Of a DNA stretch of 64,000 bases, positions 1 through 7,419 are shown piece by piece. A program made the position numbers and the translations under genes. Source of the DNA: an uncultured Gammaproteobacteria bacterium (GTDB taxonomy: Bacteria; Pseudomonadota; Gammaproteobacteria; Steroidobacterales; Steroidobacteraceae); assembly GCA_963711435.1 (NCBI GenBank), contig CAVQEB010000001.1, positions 17,943-81,942 on the forward strand. Reading direction: 5' to 3'. The notes under the pieces are model-generated. The model was not told the DNA's origin, searched no databases, and saw only the letters and a list, made by a program, of their open reading frames with translations. The first letter of the stretch is position 1, and every line of letters begins with the position of its first letter.

Positions 1-157
1 AAAGCACATTGATCGTTGAGGAGGACAGGCCCTGGCCCGGCGGTGACGCGAAAGGGCTTTGAAAGGCATTGCCCGAGATGCCATTTACGAAATGGGGCAC
101 TGCGTTGGCCAGGAATGCGCCTCCAAAAAAGTAGGCGACGTAGTGATACCAGCGCAT
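1..157 (-). CDS. hypothetical small hydrophobic protein, N-terminal 52 codons only (runs off left edge)
   Basis: ATG at 157-155 with AGAGGAG 8 nt upstream; frame open to position 1; MRWYHYVAYFFGGAFLANAVPHFVNG...; not in ORF track because no stop in window; no family recognised. Confidence 0.35.
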   Translation of the reverse strand, partial: MRWYHYVAYFFGGAFLANAVPHFVNGISGNAFQSPFASPPGQGLSSSTINVL

Positions 158-210
158 GGCGAGAGCTCCTCTAATTTCGGCCAGTAATAATGGGTGCAGC
201 CGGCAAGATA

Positions 211-640
211 TCAGGAGCCCTTCTTGCTGAAGGACACCGCACAGGTCCTTCCCGTGGCCCGATGTCCAGTTCCCAGAGTTCTCTGAGAACTTGGCCTCAA
301 TCCGATAGCGATAGGGCGTGCCCGGCGGGCGCTCGCCAATCGCGGCTCGCTCCTTGCCGACAAGTCCGTGAGCGGAGATGGCGGCCGAGCCGTCCGGCAG
401 TATGCTGCCGTCCAGCTGCAGCCATCCGGGCGCGCCCTTGATGCCTCTTTCACCGTGCAGGACGGAATTTGTAACGGTTGATGGGAATTCATAGGAGTAA
501 GGCAAGGCACCGACCGACGCAGTGCAAGAGATGACGGTAGTCCAAACCCCGTCGAAATGCGCCAGTGGTTCATCGGCGTGGGCCGTGCCAATGCCGACCA
601 GCATGCCGCATAGTCCGAGAGCCACGATGAACTTGTGCAT
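211..640 (-). CDS. hypothetical secreted protein; 3' end ambiguous (probable 1-nt frameshift near 272-274)
   Basis: ATG 640-638 with AAGGAG 6 nt upstream; MHKFIVALGLCGMLVGIGTAHA/DE resembles a Sec signal peptide; this frame has no stop down to position 1, but dropping one G of a GGG run (CCC 272-274 on + strand) leads to the TGA at 213-211. Confidence 0.4.
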
Positions 641-788
641 GGGCTACTCCTTAAAAAAATAATCAGATTCAGGCTGAGGGCCGCAATAAAGCTCGAGCCC
701 GCCGGCGCGTCAAGTCGTAGCGTTCTCTGCCAAAAATGGGGGCGTCTGCGGGGTTCTGCCCTTGCACGGCCCCACGGGTAAGTTCTGA

Positions 789-832
789 TGGTGGCCAGGG
801 TGGGACTCGAACCCACGGCCTCGGCAATATGA
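789..832 (-). repeat. truncated tRNA(CAU) 3' half, copy 1 (CCA end to anticodon loop)
   Basis: tggtggccagggtgggactcgaacccacggcctcggcaatatga; reverse complement has T-arm GTGGG-TTCGAGT-CCCAC, acceptor strand CCTGGCC, ACCA; no 5' half; 40/44 identical to copy 2. Confidence 0.75.
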
Positions 833-883
833 GGGCATCTTTTGAATATCTAGAGACTTTAATTTCAATCACTTGCCACATAG

Positions 884-2108
884 TTACCCATTGAACGCCG
901 ATCCGACGAAGCTCGCGCCAACGCAAAGCACGACAATGAGGACAGGAGGACTCTTGAACCGGATCAATAAAGCAAAGGTGATGAGGACGATCCCGACGTC
1001 CAGAACAGAACGCACAGCGCCAATCCAGACGGGGTTGTAAAGAGCGGAGGCCAGGAGGCCGACTACCGCGGCGTTGATTCCGGCCAGCATGGCGTTCGCC
1101 ATTTGGCTGTTTGCAATGCGGTCCAGCAGCGATAAACCTGCCACGGCCAGCAGCAATCCCGGCAGAAAGATAAAAATCAATGCCAGCACCGCCCAGAGTA
1201 GTGACTGATGCGGCGGGGCGCTTGCGGCACCGAGATAGGCGGCCAGGGTAATAAAGCGGTCCCGGCATCGCCTGCGCAAAGCCATAGCCAGCCAGAAAGC
1301 GGTCAGCTGAAATCCAATGCGTGGGTACCAGCGCTTGTTGCAGAAGTGGCAGAACCACGTGCCCGCCGCCAAACACGAAGGCGCCCGAACGATAGAAGAT
1401 GCCCGCGAGCGCGAAAGGCCCGTGGGTTGCAAATATGACGGTAGTCGACAGGCCGCCAAGAAGCACAAGAAATGTCGCGAACGCAATCCAGCCTGACCGG
1501 GTATTCAGTCTCGGCGGCAGGTTGTGCGAGGTTTGAGCTGCAGGCCTGCAAAGGATCGCGCCAAAAGCGGCGCCGCCTGTGAGGATCACGACCTGCATAA
1601 GGCCTCCCTGCAGAAACAGCAGAGCCACGCAGGCCGCCACGGCGATCGCGCGACGCGGCAGGTCCGGGGTGAGCGAGCGAGCCATGTTCCAAACCGCCTG
1701 GGCGACCACGACTACTGCCGTCAGCATCAGGCCGTGAAGCACGGCTTGCATTCGGGGACCCGGGGCAATCGGCGCAATGACCGCGAAGGCGTACATGAGC
1801 AGCGCAGAGGGAAGTACAAAGCCTGACCACGCGGCGAGTGCGCCCTTCCAGCCCGCACGTTGAAGCCCAACAAGGAAATGGACCTGCGTGCTCGTTGGAC
1901 CCGGAAGGAGTTGGCACAGCGACACGAGTGCAGCATATTGCTCGGCGCTCAGCCACCGTCGATCCCGGACGTAGGCCCGCTCGAAATAGCCGAGGTGAGC
2001 AATCGGTCCGCCGAAAGAGATGAGCCCCAGTTTCAGGGCGGCCCAAAGCACTTCTCCCGGAGCACCTCTGGGAGCCGGCAATGAGTCGATAATGACTTTG
2101 TTTTCCAA
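884..2108 (-). pseudogene. chrA: chromate ion transporter ChrA, interrupted by a 1-nt frameshift
   Basis: N-terminal part in the frame of ORF 669..2108 (LGLISFGGPIAHLGYFE..., GGGHVVLPLL..., AQAMPGPL). C-terminal part in the frame of ORF 884..1486 (ITLAAYLGA...). The switch is at the AAA run 1253-1255. Confidence 0.8.
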
Positions 2109-2219
2109 ACTCGGCGGCTACGATTGCGGCACGTAAAGTTCGGGCCCGCTCCATCTTAGCCCGAAGGGTGTGTAGCCAGTAGCGGCCCTATCGTTCTCAA
2201 CATCACCCGCTCCGGATAT

Positions 2220-2888
2220 TCACTTAAAGGCATGGGCGGTTTTGGGCCACAGGATCCGCGCTATGGCCACGGCGGCTACGCACCCGGCGGCTTGGCTGGC
2301 GATAAATCCAGGGACATCGGCCGGCCGGATCCCGGAAAACGTATCCGTCAGTGACCGGGCAATAGTAATCGCGGGGTTTGCGAACGACGTTGAAGCCGTG
2401 AACCAATAGGCAGCGCCGATCCAGGCAGCGATCATCCACGGCACATCTTCGCTCCGGCGATGGCCCAGGACCACAAGCAGTAGTCCGCATGTGGCCACTG
2501 CTTCGGACAGCCACTGCGAGGCTCCCGCCCGGATGTGAGTTGATGCCTGGATGAGGGGGAGCTGGAACATAGCGTGGGCCAGCAACGCGCCCGCGCAGCA
2601 ACCCAGCACCTGAATCGCGCAGTAGCCGAGGGCATCCCACGCCCGCAAGCGGCCGCGTACGGCTTCGGTCGCGGAAACCGCGGGATTAAAATGTGCGCCG
2701 CTGATAGGACCCAGCAGCGCAATCAAGGTCGCGAGCACCGCAACGGTAGCACCGGTATTTGCCAACAACGCGACGGCGCTATTGCCTTGTGCCAGGCGCT
2801 CGGCCATGACACCCGAACCCACCACGGTCGCGGCAAGCAGGAGAGAACCCAGCCCCTCTGCAAGCAGCCGCCGCGGCAAGCCAATCAT
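2220..2888 (-). CDS. aqpS: MIP-family aquaglyceroporin in an ars operon (AqpS-like arsenite channel)
   Basis: 222 aa, two NPA boxes (HFNPAV, FANPAI), six hydrophobic segments; ATGA overlap with arsC stop (2885-2888). Confidence 0.8.
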   Translation of the reverse strand: MIGLPRRLLAEGLGSLLLAATVVGSGVMAERLAQGNSAVALLANTGATVAVLATLIALLGPISGAHFNPAVSATEAVRGRLRAWDALGYCAIQVLGCCAGALLAHAMFQLPLIQASTHIRAGASQWLSEAVATCGLLLVVLGHRRSEDVPWMIAAWIGAAYWFTASTSFANPAITIARSLTDTFSGIRPADVPGFIASQAAGCVAAVAIARILWPKTAHAFK

Positions 2889-3388
2889 TCGCTGACCTTG
2901 CCGATCTCGCGCAGCTTGCCGCCCAGGGTCATCTGGTCCAGCGACGCGATCGGCAGATTGGCGAATAGCTCGATGCGTCTCGAGAGGAGCCGAAATGCCT
3001 CCTTAAAAGCGAGCGAACGAGCCACCGGATCCTCTATGTGTGCCGGGTCCGGCACACCCCAGTGCGCCGTCATCGGCTTTCCAGGCCAGATGGGGCACAT
3101 CTCTCCGGCCGCGTTGTCGCAGACGGTGAAGATGAAATCCAGCGCCGGGGCGCCAGCCTGCGCGAACTCGTCCCAGGATTTGCTGCGTAAACCGCGTGTA
3201 GGAAAGCCCAGCCGCGCCAGAAGCTCTATGGCGCCTGGGTTCACCTTGCCCGCCGGATGACTACCCGCACTGAAACCGTGAAACCGGCTGCCCCACTTAT
3301 GGTTGAGGATGCTCTCGGCAAGAATGCTGCGTGCGGAATTGCCCGTGCATAGGAAGAGTACGTTGTACTTGGAGTCAGTCATCAGCAT
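2885..3388 (-). CDS. arsC: arsenate reductase, LMW-PTPase/thioredoxin-coupled type
   Basis: YNVLFLCTGNSARS P-loop, downstream Cys pair (TVCDNAAGEMCP). Confidence 0.9.
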   Translation of the reverse strand: MLMTDSKYNVLFLCTGNSARSILAESILNHKWGSRFHGFSAGSHPAGKVNPGAIELLARLGFPTRGLRSKSWDEFAQAGAPALDFIFTVCDNAAGEMCPIWPGKPMTAHWGVPDPAHIEDPVARSLAFKEAFRLLSRRIELFANLPIASLDQMTLGGKLREIGKVSE

Positions 3389-3406
3389 TCTCAGGAAAAG
3401 GAGAAG

Positions 3407-3835
3407 CTACAGTGCCTTGGACATGCATGCTGCGGTCGCGGGGCAGAGAGCCCGGAACTCCGCGGTCTGCCGTATCGCCTCAGGAATCTGCTCGCGTGGT
3501 GTCAGGACGTAGCCGCGTTTCCAAAAGAAACCTTCCGCCGTCTCGGTCAGTAGCACCATTGTCTTAAGGCCTTCAGCACGCATGGCCAGCTCCAGCGCCT
3601 GAACCAAAGCTGTTGCCATCCCGTGCGCTCGATGACCTGGATCGACGGCAAGTGATCGCAATAGCCCGGCGTTGCCATATCGCTCGATACCAATGGCGCC
3701 TGCGAGAGTCCGCCCTGCGCGAGCCAGCCAGAATCTCACTGGGGCAGTCGACAGGTCCTCAACAGAAAGTCCCGCTGCCCTCAGCATCGCCTGAATCTCT
3801 GGCCCCTCGGCTGCTGTCGCCTGCTCGATTCGCAT
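3407..3835 (-). CDS. arsN2: GNAT N-acetyltransferase, ArsN2-like
   Basis: MRIEQAT..., LLRSLAVDPGHRAHG, C-terminal EFRALCPATAACMSKAL typical of ArsN2; track ORF trimmed to the ATG at 3835, which shares 1 nt with the arsI stop. Confidence 0.72.
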   Translation of the reverse strand: MRIEQATAAEGPEIQAMLRAAGLSVEDLSTAPVRFWLARAGRTLAGAIGIERYGNAGLLRSLAVDPGHRAHGMATALVQALELAMRAEGLKTMVLLTETAEGFFWKRGYVLTPREQIPEAIRQTAEFRALCPATAACMSKAL

Positions 3836-4323
3836 CACGCACAGCATCCCGGATTGCCGGAATTGCCTGATGCGGGCGCACAACACGCACGTTCGCCTGA
3901 TGGCGCGATGGATTCCGGCAGAGCCTTAGGGGTCCCCGAATGAGTATCGGCCCCAAAGACCGGAATCGAGTTCAGCGTGCGGAAGGTCTCCCAGGCGATT
4001 CCGGATGGGTCGGTGACCCAGTATTTGTCAGATCTGGCGTAGCAGCAGGCGGCGTCAGTCTGCTTCACCATCGTCGCATCGGCGGCCTGCAGCCGACCGT
4101 GCGCGGCGTGTAACTCGACCGCTTCTGCTACCTGAAAGCCCAAATGGTCGAGGCCAACTTTGGCCTGACGCTGGGAGATCGCAAAGTTGACGAAGGGATC
4201 CTCGAGCATCCACTTGGCGTAATCGGCCTCAACACGCGCCGGCTCGATACCAAAGAGCGTCGAATAAAACCGGATGCTCTCCTGCAGGTTGCTGACTGAC
4301 ACATGAACGTGAAATCGCCTCAT
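3835..4323 (-). CDS. arsI: VOC/glyoxalase-fold C-As lyase ArsI-like
   Basis: MRRFHVHVSVSNLQESIRFYSTLFG, DAACCYARSDKYWVTDP vicinal-Cys motif, Cys-rich tail; start trimmed to the ATG at 4323 (ATGA overlap with arsR stop). Confidence 0.78.
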   Translation of the reverse strand: MRRFHVHVSVSNLQESIRFYSTLFGIEPARVEADYAKWMLEDPFVNFAISQRQAKVGLDHLGFQVAEAVELHAAHGRLQAADATMVKQTDAACCYARSDKYWVTDPSGIAWETFRTLNSIPVFGADTHSGTPKALPESIAPSGERACCAPASGNSGNPGCCA

Positions 4324-4670
4324 GCGCGTCTCCGGGATTTTGCAGGTTTCACCGCCACGGGTTGGCAGACCGGCCCACAGGCCTGCCCTGCTCCGCAACA
4401 GTTCTCGGTCAGGTATCCGACCAAAGCGTTCATCGACTCAAAATCGGCGGCGTAAAAAACCTGGCGGCTCACCCGTCGGTAGCCGATCATTCCGGCTCTT
4501 TGCAGTGCTTGCGTGTGAAAGGTCAGCGAGGACGGGACCAGGCCGAGCTTTTCTGCAATGGTTCCGGCGGAAAGGCCTTCGGGACCGGCTTCCACCAGCA
4601 GTCGAAATACGGCCAACCGATGATCGTGGGCCAGGGCACTTAAAGCATTGACGGCGGCGGTTGCTTTCAT
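4320..4670 (-). CDS. arsR: ArsR/SmtB metalloregulator with C-terminal Cys cluster
   Basis: HTH region LSAGTIAEKLGLVPSSLTFHTQALQRAGMI; CCGAGQACGPVC near C-terminus; no N-terminal CVC. Confidence 0.9.
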   Translation of the reverse strand: MKATAAVNALSALAHDHRLAVFRLLVEAGPEGLSAGTIAEKLGLVPSSLTFHTQALQRAGMIGYRRVSRQVFYAADFESMNALVGYLTENCCGAGQACGPVCQPVAVKPAKSRRRA

Positions 4671-4675
4671 GACCC

Positions 4676-4699
4676 TACGATAATTCGACTTTTATCGTA
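4676..4699. promoter_or_regulatory. perfect 8-bp inverted repeat TACGATAA-N8-TTATCGTA, candidate ArsR operator
   Basis: Located 6-29 nt upstream of the arsR ATG in an AT-rich spacer; symmetry read directly from sequence; function inferred. Confidence 0.35.
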
Positions 4700-4750
4700 C
4701 TGTCAAGATCTCCTCGTACCGGCGCCAACGGTTGAGCAGGACTTCAACGA

Positions 4751-5344
4751 TCACATCGCTTCCGCGTTCCGCCCGGACACAACTTGCAAACAACCTGCTG
4801 CCTCGGTGCCGCCCCCGGTTATGTCGAACGTTGTTTCAACGCGCGGGGGATGAAGGAGTGTCTGCTGCACGACACAGCTTCGCTCCGAAGCGATCCGGAG
4901 TTTTTCCAGCAGCCGAGGCTCCGTGCCCGCCCTCGCCTTGAGTCGGACCGCACATCGCATCGCCTCGAAACCCACCGGCACTTCCGCATTCATCGCTAAC
5001 GTTCCCCGGACATCGACGTCCCCGGTCACTTCCACCTCGAGGGACTCAAGCGTGATGCCGAGGGTGTTCGCCACCATACGCACCGTTGAGTCCTGACACG
5101 CGGCGAGGGCCGCGCAAAGTATGTCGCCAGGCGTGGGCGCATCGTGCAAGCCGCCAACGGCCTGGTGGACACCCACCGGAATCGCAATGCCACATTGTGG
5201 CATCGGCATCACGATGGAGTGAAAGGGATCGTCGGGATCGTTGCCGAGGGCGCGGGCACGATCGATTACAAGCGCCGCTTCGGGCTCAGCCTTGTATCGT
5301 TGGCGTAATGGGATCTGGATCTCGAAAACACGGGGTTTGCTCAT
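4751..5344 (-). CDS. OsmC/Ohr-family peroxiredoxin-like protein
   Basis: 197 aa; conserved Cys contexts ILCAALAACQ and ERSCVVQQTL typical of the OsmC fold. Confidence 0.75.
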   Translation of the reverse strand: MSKPRVFEIQIPLRQRYKAEPEAALVIDRARALGNDPDDPFHSIVMPMPQCGIAIPVGVHQAVGGLHDAPTPGDILCAALAACQDSTVRMVANTLGITLESLEVEVTGDVDVRGTLAMNAEVPVGFEAMRCAVRLKARAGTEPRLLEKLRIASERSCVVQQTLLHPPRVETTFDITGGGTEAAGCLQVVSGRNAEAM

Positions 5345-5467
5345 CGTTGTCTCCTATCGCAATGGTCAACACGGTGCGGCGCAGCTCCAGGATTTATGGG
5401 CCCATCGCATGTCGAATCGACCTGCAGGCATGCTAACCGGGGCCGCGCGGCGTAGCCGCATTGGGTT

Positions 5468-6532
5468 ATGATTCACTTGCCGAAAGATTTGATCGATCTA
5501 CCTGATGGGCGTCTCGTGAGCGGCATCGGGCGTCACGAAGGAGATCGGGCGCCGTTCCACATGGATGCACTGTCCGAAATTTTGAGGGGAATTCGGCTTA
5601 CCGGCTCCGCCTTCATCGACGCGGATCTGTCGGCACCATGGTCCGTCCAGACTCCGACGGTCGCCGACCTCGCCCGCCGTCTCGCGCCCCATGCCGGTAG
5701 GATCATTCCTTACCATCTCATCGTCGAGGGGGCCTGCACGGTCCGGGTGGGAGCGGAGCCACCGCTCGTCGTTGAGGCGCCCGAAGTCGTCTGCTTTCCG
5801 CACGGCGACGTACACCGGCTCGCCAGCGATGCGGAGCTCGAACCCGAACCGATCACGACGCAAGGGCTGATTGCGTTGACACGCGCCGACGAGATTTCCC
5901 GGGTGAGTTATGGTGGCGGCGGAGGTAAAACGAAACTCGTTTGCGGGTTCTTTACCTGCGACCGCGCACTTTCCGAACGCCTAATCATGCAGCTGCCGCG
6001 TGCACTGAAGTTTCGGGCGGGAGTCGACAGCGCCGCCATGCTGCTTTCCGGCGCGGTGCGGGATACGCACTCGCGCCCTGGGCGAGCGGCAAAGCCAGGC
6101 ATGCAAGCAGTGCTCTGCAAGCTTTCCGAATTGCTCTTCGTCGAGGCGGTGCGTTCGCACGTGGCCGCGCTTCACGAGCCTTCAAGCGGCTGGCTGGCCG
6201 GCCTCAAGGATCGGTATGTCAGCGCTGCTCTGGCGCTGATACATGGCGAGCCGGGCGAGCCATGGACGCTCGAGATGCTCGCCGCGCGCAGCGGCACGTC
6301 GCGATCCACACTCGCCGAGCGGTTTATTCGCATCATGGGCCAGGCACCGATGCAATACCTTTGGCAGTGGCGGCTTCACCTCGCAGCTGATGCACTTGCA
6401 TCGTCCGATCGCGGCATGAAAAAAGTCGCAAGCGACGCCGGCTTTGGGTCTATCGCGGCATTCGGTCGCGCATTCAAGCGGGAGTTTGGTGTCTCTCCGG
6501 CTCGCTGGAGACAATCCAGCACAACAGCCTGA
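5468..6532 (+). CDS. AraC-family transcriptional regulator with N-terminal cupin-like domain
   Basis: C-terminal double HTH (LAARSGTSRSTLAERFIRIMGQAPMQYL..., VASDAGFGSIAAFGRAFKREFGVSPARWR); divergent from the OsmC-like gene. Confidence 0.85.
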   Translation: MIHLPKDLIDLPDGRLVSGIGRHEGDRAPFHMDALSEILRGIRLTGSAFIDADLSAPWSVQTPTVADLARRLAPHAGRIIPYHLIVEGACTVRVGAEPPLVVEAPEVVCFPHGDVHRLASDAELEPEPITTQGLIALTRADEISRVSYGGGGGKTKLVCGFFTCDRALSERLIMQLPRALKFRAGVDSAAMLLSGAVRDTHSRPGRAAKPGMQAVLCKLSELLFVEAVRSHVAALHEPSSGWLAGLKDRYVSAALALIHGEPGEPWTLEMLAARSGTSRSTLAERFIRIMGQAPMQYLWQWRLHLAADALASSDRGMKKVASDAGFGSIAAFGRAFKREFGVSPARWRQSSTTA

Positions 6533-6684
6533 CCCTCTATCCAGCCGTGTCGGACAGGCAAACGCTACGGGAGGCCGGGATCGAATCGAGGAATACATAG
6601 CTGCGCAGGCGCAGGACTTGCTCGACTCTGCGCTTACGTCGCTTCGTGAATTCAACGATCGCGCCGCCAAGTTTTTGAATCGAT

Positions 6685-6728
6685 TGGTGGCTAGGGTGGG
6701 ACTCGAGCCCACGACCTCGGCATTATGA
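6685..6728 (-). repeat. truncated tRNA(CAU) 3' half, copy 2
   Basis: tggtggctagggtgggactcgagcccacgacctcggcattatga; reverse complement reads TCATAA-TGCCG-AGGTC-GTGGG-CTCGAGT-CCCAC-CCTAGCC-A-CCA; homology stops in the anticodon loop. Confidence 0.8.
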
Positions 6729-6948
6729 ATTGCGCCATCGTGTCGTCTTTGGCCCTCCAGACTCCATTGGCGCCGGCAAGCGAATCACCCGGCTCGACGC
6801 GGTGGCATTGCGCAATTATTAAAATCCTGTCAATTGATCATCCGTTGACGCATCCTTGCTCCAAATGGGAACTCCCGCTAACGCCGACGGTCGATCCTGA
6901 GTAGCAGCCCTACTGCAGATTCGGGCCGATAGTCATCGGAAATCTTGC

Positions 6949-7293
6949 ATGCTCAAGCGGTTTCCAAACGGTGTTTTGCAGGCACTGGTGGTCCTAACGG
7001 CCGCATACGGAGTCGCTGCGTGTTCGACGGCCCCACCCAGGACTACGGCGGAACGGGTGGCCGATGCCGACCTTGCCGGCCGAGTACAGGCCGCGCTGCT
7101 CGCGGACCCGACTATCTATGCGCGGCACATCGACGTCGCGGTTGACCGGGGTGTGGTTCACCTCGGCGGGTATGTCTGGGAGGACGATGACTTTCAAACG
7201 GCTCGGCGCGACGCAACTTCGGTTCCCGGTGTAAAGACCGTGATCACCCAGATGGAAATCATGCGCGGTGGCCTTGCCGGTACCAGCCGGTAG
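6949..7293 (+). CDS. BON-domain lipoprotein (OsmY-like)
   Basis: Lipobox AAYGVAAC; DADLAGRVQAALLADPTIYARHIDVAVDRGVVHLGGYV...VPGVKTV matches the BON pattern. Confidence 0.72.
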   Translation: MLKRFPNGVLQALVVLTAAYGVAACSTAPPRTTAERVADADLAGRVQAALLADPTIYARHIDVAVDRGVVHLGGYVWEDDDFQTARRDATSVPGVKTVITQMEIMRGGLAGTSR

Positions 7294-7419
7294 CGACGTT
7301 CCTGGGCGCATCAGTGGATTCTGTCGAAAGGCGTCTATGCACTATGGTCGACAGGATCGCGGCCCACCACATCAATCGCAAGATTGAATATCCGTTACGT
7401 AGATTGAGATCGACGCCAA

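Noticed and set aside
211-816. ORFs beginning MGSSPTLAT (also 6182..6712), and plus-strand ORFs containing VARVGLEPTT (6444..6728, 9254..9514)
   Set aside because: The shared peptide is simply the translation of the tRNA 3'-half repeat. These are not paralogous proteins.
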